A stretch of 64,000 nucleotides of DNA. Origin: Chloroflexota bacterium (lineage in GTDB: Bacteria > Chloroflexota > Limnocylindria > Limnocylindrales > CSP1-4). The notes under the pieces are model-generated. The model made no database searches. It was given only the letters and a program-made list of their open reading frames with translations, and was not told the DNA's origin. The translations under genes were made by a program, and so were the position numbers. Below, piece after piece: positions 9,382-17,752 of the stretch; positions within the stretch are counted from its first letter, which is position 1, and every line of letters starts with the position of its first letter. The DNA is taken from the NCBI GenBank assembly GCA_026004015.1, contig BPIH01000005.1:31598-95597 (forward strand), written 5' to 3'.

Positions 9382-10631
9382 TGACGAGCCCGCCGACCGC
9401 TCGGCGCCCGGCGCCCCCGGGCGGGGTCGACCCACCCGTCGGTCATACAGGCGGGGTCCTCCGGCCCGATGGGCCGGCAAGCCAGGGGAGCCGGGCAATG
9501 CCGGCCACCCGAGACAGGGCCGTCCCCGACGGGGCCTACTTCCCGGGCCCCCTCTTCTGGCAGGCGCACCGCTCGCCCGATGCCCCGAGGTCGCCGGCGA
9601 CCTCGGGACTGACGCAGCCGCCGATCCACGCCAGGGCCGCGCTCGAGCTGCATCGTCGGTCTCGCGATGTCGACGCATCGCGCGCCTTCCTTCGCTCCAT
9701 CTACCCGCGCCTCGTCGCCGCCCACGAGTCCCTCGACCGCCGGCGGGACCCGCGGGGCATCGGCCTGCCGGCGATCGTGCACCCCTGGGAATCGGGTCTC
9801 GACAATTCGCCGGTCTGGGACCGGATCCTGGCCGGGATCTCCATCGAACCGGGGCAGCTGCCCAGGTACCAGCGTTGTGATCTCGTCCATGCCCGACCAG
9901 AAGACCGCCCGACCGACCGCGCCTACGACGTCTTCGTCTACCTCGCAAGCCGTTATCGCGACGTCGGGTACGACGACCGGCGCATGACGGAGGTCAGCCC
10001 GTTCCTCGTCGTCGGCCCGCTCTTCGTCGCCATCCACCTCTGGTCGACCCACGCCCTGGCCGAGATCGCCCGGATCGTCGGCGCCGATCCGCGCCCTCAT
10101 GTGGAGGCGGCGGAGCGGATCCATGCCGCTCTCCTGGACCAGTTGTGGGATCCGGTCCACGGGAGGTTCGCCGTCCGCGATCTGGTGCGGGACGCCCTCG
10201 TCGAAGAGGAAACGATCGTCTCCTTCGCCCCCCTCCTCGATCCCGAGCTCCCGTCCGCCATCGTCGCCTCTCTCGTGACGGAACTCGAGTCGGCCTGCTT
10301 CCACCCGTCGTCAGCTGTCCACTTCATCGTCCCGACGACGAGCCTGGAGAGCGCCGGCTTCGATCGACGTCGCTACTGGCGTGGGCCGGTCTGGCTGAAC
10401 ACGAACTGGCTCCTCGAGGCCGCGCTTCGCCAGCACGGCCGGCACGAGCTCGCGGACGAGATCGCGGCGACCAGCCTGGCCCTCGTCGAGCGGTCGGGCT
10501 TCCACGAATGCTTCGACCCGCTCTCCGGTGCCGGCTACGGCAGCGCCGACTTCGGCTGGACTGCCGCCCTCGCCATCGACTTCGCCCGGCGGGTGATGGG
10601 CGCGTCGCCCTCGCTCGTGGCCGGCGGCTGA
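9381..10631 (+). CDS. GH63-like (alpha/alpha)6 glycoside hydrolase (MGH1 / mannosylglycerate-hydrolase-like)
   Basis: Motifs YFPGP...TSGLTQPP, HPWESGLDNSPVWD, RYWRGPVWLNTNWLL and FHECFDPLSGAGYGSADFGWTAAL. ATG 9381 overlaps the reconstructed redoxin stop (TGATG). The ORF track fuses it with the redoxin as one 618-aa ORF. Confidence 0.7.
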   Translation: MTSPPTARRPAPPGGVDPPVGHTGGVLRPDGPASQGSRAMPATRDRAVPDGAYFPGPLFWQAHRSPDAPRSPATSGLTQPPIHARAALELHRRSRDVDASRAFLRSIYPRLVAAHESLDRRRDPRGIGLPAIVHPWESGLDNSPVWDRILAGISIEPGQLPRYQRCDLVHARPEDRPTDRAYDVFVYLASRYRDVGYDDRRMTEVSPFLVVGPLFVAIHLWSTHALAEIARIVGADPRPHVEAAERIHAALLDQLWDPVHGRFAVRDLVRDALVEEETIVSFAPLLDPELPSAIVASLVTELESACFHPSSAVHFIVPTTSLESAGFDRRRYWRGPVWLNTNWLLEAALRQHGRHELADEIAATSLALVERSGFHECFDPLSGAGYGSADFGWTAALAIDFARRVMGASPSLVAGG

Positions 10632-10813
10632 GCAGCCGCCCTCGGCGCCGGGTCGCGGACGAAAGCCGACCGGCGAGAACCCGACCCCCCGTCGACGCCC
10701 GCCGGGACATCGATCGATGTCGCCTCCCGAACCAATCGCCCACCTGGGGAGGCGGCTGCACTGGCGCCCGTGGCGGGTGGACGAGCGGCGACCGCTCGGT
10801 GATCGCCGGGTCG

Positions 10814-11224
10814 CTACCCGGTCGGGAGCACCTCGACGGGGATCGCGACGGCCGGCCACCCGGCGTCGGTGGTGAGGATGCGGTCCGCGCCGAGGACGAT
10901 GGCGGTGGCGATGACGAGCCCGTCGGGCAGACGGAGAGCCGCGCCGTGGGTCGCCCGGAGCGCGGCGGCGGTGGCGGCGATCGCCCGATCGACTGGTTCC
11001 ACCCGGGCCGGCAGGGCATCGAGGAACCGATCGACGACGGCGACAGCGTCGGCTCCGCGCCGGTGCGGGGCGACGAGGCACTCGGCGTAGGCCGATGCCG
11101 GCAGGACGAGCGCGTCGCCGCGATCCCGGGCGGCGCGGACGGAGGCGACCGCCGCGGCATGATGCACGTCGCCCGCGTCGAGGAGTCCGATGACGACGCC
11201 CGCGTTGAGGACGGTCAGGCCCAC
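10814..11224 (-). CDS. vapC: PIN-domain toxin VapC
   Basis: VLNAGVVIGLLDAGDVHH...LPDGLVIATAIVLGADRILTTD is PIN-like. The GTG start overlaps the vapB stop (GTGGGCCTGA). Confidence 0.8.
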   Translation of the reverse strand: MGLTVLNAGVVIGLLDAGDVHHAAAVASVRAARDRGDALVLPASAYAECLVAPHRRGADAVAVVDRFLDALPARVEPVDRAIAATAAALRATHGAALRLPDGLVIATAIVLGADRILTTDAGWPAVAIPVEVLPTG

Positions 11225-11463
11225 TCTCGACGGAGCTCCTCGAGCTCGCCCGGGCTGTAGACGCCGGTCAGGGCGCCCGCGTACTCTGCCACCGGATCGG
11301 TGTCGCGGACGAGGAGGACCTGACCCGGTCCTTGCACCTCGGCGCGCAGCGTGTCCCCCGTCCGGATGCCCGCCCGTCGAAGCGCTTCGACCGGGAGGGT
11401 TACCTGGTGCTTCGCGCTGACCCGCGTGTAGCCCCGCCGCCTGTGCTTGACTCGTGTACTCAT
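11215..11463 (-). CDS. vapB: AbrB/SpoVT-type antitoxin VapB
   Basis: 82-aa ORF with an AbrB-like swapped-hairpin motif (KHQVTLPVEALRRAGIRTGDTL). Lies immediately upstream of and overlapping the PIN gene. Confidence 0.75.
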   Translation of the reverse strand: MSTRVKHRRRGYTRVSAKHQVTLPVEALRRAGIRTGDTLRAEVQGPGQVLLVRDTDPVAEYAGALTGVYSPGELEELRREWA

Positions 11464-11473
11464 GAGTCAAGCA
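11444..11473. promoter_or_regulatory. perfect 10-bp inverted repeat (TGCTTGACTC N10 GAGTCAAGCA) centred on the vapB start codon; candidate TA operator
   Basis: Arms at 11444..11453 and 11464..11473. The vapB ATG (11463..11461) lies between the arms. Confidence 0.5.
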
Positions 11474-11660
11474 TAGGCCAGTCGGGCGCGCGCGGCAAGG
11501 GATGCACGGGCTTCACCGTTGGCCGGGAGCGTCGCCGGCAGCAGGAGTCGGAGCACGCTGGTGGGAGCACGCCGGCCGGAGAGCGGGTCTCGGCGCTTTT
11601 CTCAGCCCGGCGCGCGCCAGATGGGTTCGGCCAGATTGAACGGCGAAATCGACCAGGTGC

Positions 11661-11737
<77 letters not shown>

Positions 11738-11832
11738 ACCGTGGGCTCCATGCCGGCGGCCAGATGATACCAGAGGGTGCCGCGAGGTCTCGGCGCCCCG
11801 GGGTGCCGGTTCGGGAGGCCCCGGCGTCGTCA

Positions 11833-13043
11833 CTAGCCGATCGGGATGGCGTCACGGTGGCCGCCCCGACCCGACGGCTCGCGAATCGGGAGCACGGCGA
11901 GGGCGGCGACGAGATAGCTCGCGGCCATGATCCCGAAGGCGACCGGGAAACCGCTCTCGTTGCCGAGGGCGCCGACGAGCCACCCGAGGGCAGCCGACCA
12001 GACGGCCCCGACGACGAACATGACCGTGAAGTAGACGGCGAAGGCGACGTCCCGAACGGCCGGCCGGGCGACCTCGGCGAGGAGGGCCTGGAGGAGGGCG
12101 CTCTCCTCGAAGACGACGGCGCTCATGAAGCCGATGGCGAGCCAGACGAAGAGGAGGTTCGAGCCCGCGAGGACGAAGGCGCCGAGGGCCGCAGCGGCGA
12201 GAACGTACGAGCCGATGACGACCGGCCGGTGACCGAGGCGGGCCGCCAGCCAGCCGCCGACGAGGGGTCCCGGGACGCTGCCGGCGACGAGGAGGGTGTA
12301 CATGAGGGCGATGGTGCCCGGATCGAGGCGGAGGACGAGGCCGAGGTAGAGGGGCACGAAGGTCGTCACGATGCCGAGCCCTCGGCCGGCGGCGGCGATG
12401 GACGAGGCGACGGTGACCCAGACGACGTCCCGTTCCCCTCGGAGGGACCGAACGACGTCGCGGGTCGAGTGGCCGATGAGCGGCGCCCGCCCCGTCCCGG
12501 GTCCGTCGGCGAAGCGGAGGATCGCCGCCCCGACGGCGAGCGCCGGTAGGCCGACGGCCAGGACGGCGACCGGCCAGCCGGCGGTGGCGATGAGCCAGCC
12601 CCCGAGGAGCGGAACGAGGACGGTGCCGACGTTTCCTGCCGCGACGTGGACGTTGATCGCCATCGCCCCGTGGCGGAGGCCGTAGGCGTCGGCGAGGAGG
12701 GCATGGCCGACGACGTGCTGCGGGGCCCCGCCCGCCCGGGCGAGGACGGTCGCCCCAGCGAAGACGGGCCAGGAGCCCGCCGCAGCCAGGGCCGTCATGC
12801 CGGCCCCGAAGACGAGCCCGGCGGCCGCCGAGGATCGTCCGCCGCGGCAGATGCCGGGCGAGGGGACCGAAGGCGAGCTGGAGGCTGCCCGTTCAGGAGG
12901 TTTGCCAACCCGACGACGAGCCCGATGGCGTCGACCCCGACCTCGAATTCCTCGACGATCCGGACGAAGACGAGGGGCAGGAGGGCGCCCTGGGCGTGGA
13001 TGAGGGCGTGCTGGAGGGAGAGGAGGGCGAGGCTCCGCCGCAT
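11833..13043 (-). pseudogene. MFS transporter, two frame changes (about 12885-12890 and 12818-12830)
   Basis: N-terminus MRRSLALLSLQHALIHAQGALLPLVF...GLANLLNG (ORF 12795..13124). Then SLQLAFGPLARHLPRRTILGG in a second frame. Then GLVFGAGMTALAAAGSWPVFAG... (ORF 11833..12798). Confidence 0.7.
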
Positions 13044-13151
13044 GCCGGCCGATGGTACCGAGCCATGGTGACCAACCGGGCCGCGAGATACCGCGAGGCC
13101 CGGGCCAGACGACCCGGGCCTCACGGCGGGGAGGAGGAGGACGCGTTCGTG

Positions 13152-13370
13152 CTAGGACGACGGGGAAGCCTCCGCCGACGGCGAAGCCTCAGGCGTCGGC
13201 GCCTCCGTCGGGGTCGGCGAGACCTCGAGGCTCGGTGCGGTGCTCGGCGACTCGATGGGCGCATCCGAGGCGCCCGGGCTGCTCACCGGCGGCGTCGGGC
13301 TGGCACCCGGACCGCAGGCGGTGAGGACGGCGCTGGCAGTGACGATGACGACGGCGAGGCGTCGCTTCAT
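13152..13370 (-). CDS. small Pro/Ser/Thr-rich lipoprotein
   Basis: MKRRLAVVIVTASAVLTAC has a lipobox (LTAC). Strong SD GGAAGGAGG lies 6 nt upstream of ATG 13370. The mature part is low-complexity. Confidence 0.6.
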   Translation of the reverse strand: MKRRLAVVIVTASAVLTACGPGASPTPPVSSPGASDAPIESPSTAPSLEVSPTPTEAPTPEASPSAEASPSS

Positions 13371-13402
13371 GACTGACCTCCTTCCTTGTGGGCGACGGTG
13401 CT

Positions 13403-13513
13403 CCGGCAGATCTGGGAGCCGAGTCAACCGGACTGATGCGTGACGCTGACGGCGAGCGTGACGCTCGTCGTGCCGCCGGCAGATCTCGGAGCCGAGTCGA
13501 CCGGACTGATGCG
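13403..13513. repeat. two 38-nt direct repeats (73-nt period) in the divergent lipoprotein / two-component promoter region
   Basis: CCGGCAGATCTGGGAGCCGAGTCAACCGGACTGATGCG at 13403..13440 and the same with 2 mismatches at 13476..13513. GTGACGCT is also duplicated in the spacer. Confidence 0.7.
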
Positions 13514-13700
13514 GCTCCCTCTGGAGCCGACACGCGCGAGGGTCGAAAGAACCCCGGCGCCGGCGAAGGAGGATGGCAGGCCGTCGATGAAGGAACGATG
13601 AAGCGGAGGCTCCGGGCAGCAACGGTTACGAAATCTGACCCATGTCGCAACCGCCGGCCAACCGGAGGCCCCTAGGATGGGCGTCCCGGAGGTGATCGAC

Positions 13701-14425
13701 ATGCGCCTGCTCGTCGCCGAAGACGACCGACGCCTCGCTGGTCTCCTCCGGCGCGGTCTCGAGGGGGAGGGCTACGCCGTCGACGTCGTCGGGACGGCGG
13801 AGGAGACTCGCTGGCTGGCGGCGGACATTCCCTACGACACGATCGTCCTCGACGTCATGCTCCCGATGGGGACGGCTTCGACGTCTGCCGGGACCTCCGA
13901 GCCCGGGGACGCTGGTCGCCGATTCTCTTCTTGACCGCCCGGGGCGGCGTCGCCGACCGGGTTCGGGGCCTCGACGGCGGCGGCGACGACTACCTCGTGA
14001 AGCCCTTCGAGTGGGAGGAGCTCCTGGCTCGAATCCGCGCGCTCGTTCGCCGCGGCGCGCACCCGCGACCGGCGAAGATCGAGCTCGGCGCCTTCGTGCT
14101 GGACCCGGCGAGCCGGGAGGTCCGGATCGCCGGCCAGCGGATCGACCTCTCCGCCCGCGAGTTTGCCATCCTCGAGGTCCTCGCCCGCCGCCCGAACGAG
14201 GTCCTCTCGCGGGCCGACATCCGGGAGGCCGTCTGGGACTGGGCCTTCGAGGGCCGCTCGAACGTCGTCGACGTCCACGTGGCCTCCCTTCGCCGGAAGC
14301 TCGGCGGTCAGCCTGACGGACCGCGAATCGAGACCGTCCGAGGCATCGGGTACGTCCTCCGGACCGGGCCCTCCGCTGACTCGGGGGCATCGGGCACGCC
14401 CCGGATTCCCGACGCCGACCGGTGA
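13701..14425 (+). pseudogene. OmpR-family response regulator, one frame change at about 13863-13866
   Basis: MRLLVAEDD...DTIVLDVMLP (frame of ORF 13677..13934) continues as DGDGFDVCRDLRARGRWSPILFLTARGGVADRVRGLDGGGDDYLVKPF...winged helix (frame of ORF 13931..14425). SD GGAGGTG precedes ATG 13701. Confidence 0.8.
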
Positions 14426-15756
14426 GCCTGCGAACCCGGCTCACCCTCTGGCTGGCCCTGGCTGCTACGAGCCTCGTCGTCGCCGCCGGAACCCTCGTCT
14501 GGGTCGCCGTCGGTCAGCAGCTCCGGCTCGGCCTCGACGAGACCCTCCGGCTTCACGCCGAGAGCGTCGCGACGGCCCTCGAGGCCGACCCGAACGCCCC
14601 GATCGACAACCTTCCGAGCGGCCGGCCGGCGGTCTTCACGATCCTCTACGGCGCCCGACGGCGTGCCGATCCGGAGAACGGGGATGGCGGCCGAGCTGCC
14701 GGCGGTGCCGCCGCCGGGCCGTTCGGAGCTCGTCGTCGAGAACGATGCGCTACGTCTTCTATGCGGTCGACGGCGCGGCGGGCCGGGTCGTGACCGGCGC
14801 GACCACGGCGGGTATCGAAGCGACCCAGGTGGCAGTGACCCAGGCCCTCGTGGCGGTCGGGCTCTTCGTCGCCGTGGTTGCTGTCGGCGGGAGCTGGTGG
14901 CTCGTGGGGCGGGTCCTGGCGCCCTTGAGCGCGCTCGCTGCCGAGCTCGAGACCATCGAGCCCGACGAGCTCGATCGACCCTTCGTCGGTCGTCCGGGTC
15001 GGGACGAGGTCGGCCGCCTGACCCGGTCGACCGCCGACCTCCTCGCCCGCCTCGACGAGGACCGACGCCGCCCAGCAGGCCTTCGTCGCTGCGGCCTCCC
15101 ACGACCTTCGAACGCCGCTCGCTGCCCTCCGGACCGAGATCGAGCTCGCCCTCCGGGGCCGGTCCGACGCGGGGCGCCTCCGTCGGGCCATCGAAGCGGC
15201 CCACGGCGACGGCCGTCCGGCTCGGGCAGCTCGCCGACGGGCTCCTCGCCCTGGCCGAGGCCGAACCGGGAGGCCGGCCCCTGACCCGAGGCCGGGTCAG
15301 CGTCGAGGCGCTCCTCGAGGCGGCCGTCGACGACTGCCGGTCGCTGGCCGACGGCAAGGGGGGTGGCGATCGAGGTCGCGGCCCCCGCGACCGAGGTCGC
15401 CGTGGATCGGGTCCGCCTCGAGCAGGCGCTCCGGAACATCGTCGCCAACGCGGTTCGGTACTCCCCACGAGGGGGCCACGGTCCGGATCGTGGCCGAGGT
15501 CGTGACCCGCCGCCTGCGGCCCGGCCTGCCGGGTCGGCCCTGGCTCCGGGTCGGTGTCGTCGACCGCGGACCGGGAGTGGATCCGGCGGTCGAGGGCCGT
15601 CTCTTCCTCCCGTTCGTCCGGCGCCACGGCGACGGCGAGGGGACCGGGCTCGGCCTCGCCATCGCCGCCGCCGCGGTCCGCGCCCACGGCGGTGAGATCG
15701 GCTATCGACCGGCGGCAGGGGGCGGCTCGGAGTTCTGGCTCGCGGTCCCTTGCTAG
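14422..15756 (+). pseudogene. sensor histidine kinase (TM-HAMP-HisKA-HATPase), about 6 frame changes
   Basis: The GTG overlaps the response-regulator stop. Recognisable pieces lie in successive frames: MSLRTRLTLWLALAATSLVV..., PDGVPIRRTGMAAELP..., RYVFYAVDG...HAMP, QQAFVAAASHDLRTPL (H-box), VRLGQLADGLLALAE..., VAIEVAAP...LEQALRNIVANAVRYSP, TVRIVAEV...DRGPGV...GTGLGLAIA. Junctions at about 14651, 14747, 15060, 15210, 15358-15363 (G6 run) and 15471-15477 (G5 run). Confidence 0.8.
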
Positions 15757-15889
15757 GTGACCGCCGGACGGCCCCGGGCTCTTACCTGGACTGGACAGCA
15801 GGCTCGGAGGGGGCTAGGCTCGGGTTCAGCGAGACGCAGGCATCGGCGACGCAACTTTGAGCGGGTGGGTCACGGCCAGGGAGGTCCGG

Positions 15890-16201
15890 GTGGTTGCCAG
15901 AAACACAGCCATTGCCGGGGCCGAGCCGGCGGCGACCCTCGCGGCCGAGGGGCTCGGGCGCCGCTATCGGCGATGGGGTCCCTGGGCCTTGCGGGACGTC
16001 ACGCTCGGGATTCCGGCCGGTTCGGTCACGGCCCTCGTCGGACCGAACGGCGCGGGCAAGAAAACACTCCTCCGGTGCTGGATGGGTTTCGAGCGCCCCG
16101 ACGCGGGCCGGGTCCGCATACGCTTGGCCTTCGGCGATGGCGTCCGCCGCGACCGCATCCGTCTGAGCCGTCCCACGTCACCCGCTGCGTCCCGGGACTG
16201 A
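15890..16201 (+). pseudogene. ABC-transporter ATP-binding protein, N-terminal fragment only (Walker A retained)
   Basis: LAAEGLGRRYRR...LRDVTLGIPAGSVTALVGPNGAGKKTLLRCWMGFERPDAGRVRI, after which family-like sequence stops near 16120. The rest of the ORF reads through the leader element. No Q-loop, signature or Walker B motif was found downstream. Confidence 0.6.
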
Positions 16202-16215
16202 TCGGCTCCGGGCGT
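16125..16215 (+). promoter_or_regulatory. leader element R1: crcB/fluoride-riboswitch-like core (degenerate copy) upstream of the MFS gene
   Basis: CGGCGAUGGCGUCCGCCG (16132..16149) matches the conserved P1 core GGCGAUGGnGUUCGCC. CUGAUCGGCUCC lies at 16198..16209. The pseudoknot (GGCGU vs GCUCC) has one mismatch. The linker and P2 are poorly defined. Confidence 0.35.
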
Positions 16216-16250
16216 GATCGCACCGTGAGGCACCGTGAAGGGAGGTGCAC

Positions 16251-17561
16251 GTGAGCGTGGCTGACGGGTCGGACGGACCGGACCACGGGAGTGAGACGAG
16301 GGTCGTGGACGCCCGTCGAACCGGAACCGGATCGGGGACGACGGCGGCGCCGGTCCCCTCGGCCGAGGCCGCTTCGGGCTGGCTGACCCCCGGCGTTCGG
16401 GGCATCGGGGCGGCCAGCCTCCTCTCGGACCTCGGGCACGAAGTCCCGACGACGCTCCTGCCGGCCTTCCTCTCGACCGTCCTCGGCGCGCCGGCGGCCG
16501 CCCTCGGCCTCATCGAGGGGCTCGCCGACGGCCTCTCGGGGCTGGCCAAGATCATCGGCGGTCCATTCGCCGACGAACCCGGACGGCGCCGCTCGATCGC
16601 CGTCGGCGGCTACACGGTCACTGCGGTCCTGTCGGCGGCGATCGGGCTCGCCACGGCGGCCTGGCAGGTCGGCGTTCTGCGGACCGGCGCCTGGGTCGCC
16701 CGCGGTCTCCGGACCCCCGCCCGGAACGCCCTCCTCGCCGATGCCGTGGACCGGCGAGCCTACGGGCGGGCCTACGGCTTCGAGCGGGCGATGGACAACC
16801 TCGGGGCCGTCCTCGGGCCGCTGGCGGCCCTCGCCCTCGTCAGCCTCCTCGACGTCCGGACGGCAATCCTCGTCTCGGTCGTGCCGGGCCTCCTCGCCGG
16901 CCTCGCCATCGTCTACGCCATCCGCCACATCCGCGCCGTGCCCCTCGCGACCCCCCGTCCCCGACGTCGCGTCCTCGATCTTCCCGTCCGCTCCCTCCTC
17001 CGGGGGCACCTCCGTCGCGCCTTCCTCGTCGTCGGGGCCTTCGAGGTCGGCAACGTCGCGGCGACCCTCCTCATCCTCCGCGCGACGGAGGTCTTTACTG
17101 CGGCCGGACGAGCCGACGCCGCCCAGCTCGCCGTCACCCTCTACGTCGCCTACAACCTCGCCGGCACCCTGGCGAGCGTCCCCTTCGGTCGCCTCGGCGA
17201 CGCGCGGGGCTTCACCGCGCCGCTCCTCGCCGGGTTCGCCCTCTTCGCCGGGGCGTACGGCGCCTTCGCCCTCGGACCGACCGACCCGCTCGTCCTGGGC
17301 GCTGCGTTCGTGGCCGCCGGCGTGGGCATCGGGATCGTCGAAACGGGCGAGCATGCGATCGTCGCCTCGGCCGCCCCGCCGGAAGCGCGAGGCTCGGCCT
17401 TCGGGCTCCTCGCGGGCGCCCAGAGCTTCGGCGACTTCGCCGCCAGCGGGATCGTCGGCATCCTCTGGAGCCTCGCCGGGGGGACGGTCGCCTTCGCGTA
17501 CGCCGCCACCTGGATGCTCATCGCCCTCCTTCTCGCCGCCATCGTCCGGCCGGGCCGCTGA
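16251..17561 (+). CDS. MFS transporter
   Basis: Intact ORF (track 16245..17561) with about 12 predicted TM segments. The GTG at 16251 follows the SD GGGAGGTG. Confidence 0.8.
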   Translation: MSVADGSDGPDHGSETRVVDARRTGTGSGTTAAPVPSAEAASGWLTPGVRGIGAASLLSDLGHEVPTTLLPAFLSTVLGAPAAALGLIEGLADGLSGLAKIIGGPFADEPGRRRSIAVGGYTVTAVLSAAIGLATAAWQVGVLRTGAWVARGLRTPARNALLADAVDRRAYGRAYGFERAMDNLGAVLGPLAALALVSLLDVRTAILVSVVPGLLAGLAIVYAIRHIRAVPLATPRPRRRVLDLPVRSLLRGHLRRAFLVVGAFEVGNVAATLLILRATEVFTAAGRADAAQLAVTLYVAYNLAGTLASVPFGRLGDARGFTAPLLAGFALFAGAYGAFALGPTDPLVLGAAFVAAGVGIGIVETGEHAIVASAAPPEARGSAFGLLAGAQSFGDFAASGIVGILWSLAGGTVAFAYAATWMLIALLLAAIVRPGR

Positions 17562-17644
17562 CGCCGGGCCGCTGACCAGCACGAGACCGGTCGGGGATCC
17601 CAGGGTCCGCCAGTTGACCGGCGTCGCGGTGGCCTCTATCCTTG

Positions 17645-17715
17645 CCTTCGGCGATGGAGTCCGCCGAGACGGAAGCCTCCGTCTGAACCGCCTCGAACGG
17701 CTGATGGCCCCTGAT
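17645..17715 (+). promoter_or_regulatory. leader element R2: crcB/fluoride-riboswitch-like motif upstream of the CPA2 antiporter
   Basis: CGGCGAUGGAGUCCGCCG (17649..17666) is P1-like. An extra perfect hairpin AGACGGAAGCCUCCGUCU follows (17667..17684). Then GAACCGCC-UCGAA-CGGCUGAUGGCCCC (17685..17711) resembles the AAC linker, P2 and the CUGAUG core. The pseudoknot GGAGU/GCCCC has 1 mismatch. Confidence 0.5.
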
Positions 17716-17752
17716 CGCTCGACGACCGGGGGTCGTTCGATTCCCGGGCCAG

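Noticed and set aside
13403-13513. Possible CRISPR array (also considered for 55468..55597 and 25071..25104).
   Set aside because: There are only two or three repeat copies, the spacing is irregular or absent for an array, and there are no cas genes in the window.
17725-17750. tRNA-like fragment (GGTCGTTCGATTCCCGGGCC resembles the T-arm GGTTCGAATCC of the tRNA-Lys at 61801) as a possible att site.
   Set aside because: It does not fold as a T arm (12-nt loop, stem CCGGG/CCCGG). There is no acceptor-stem match and no integrase nearby. It is more likely part of the leader expression platform.
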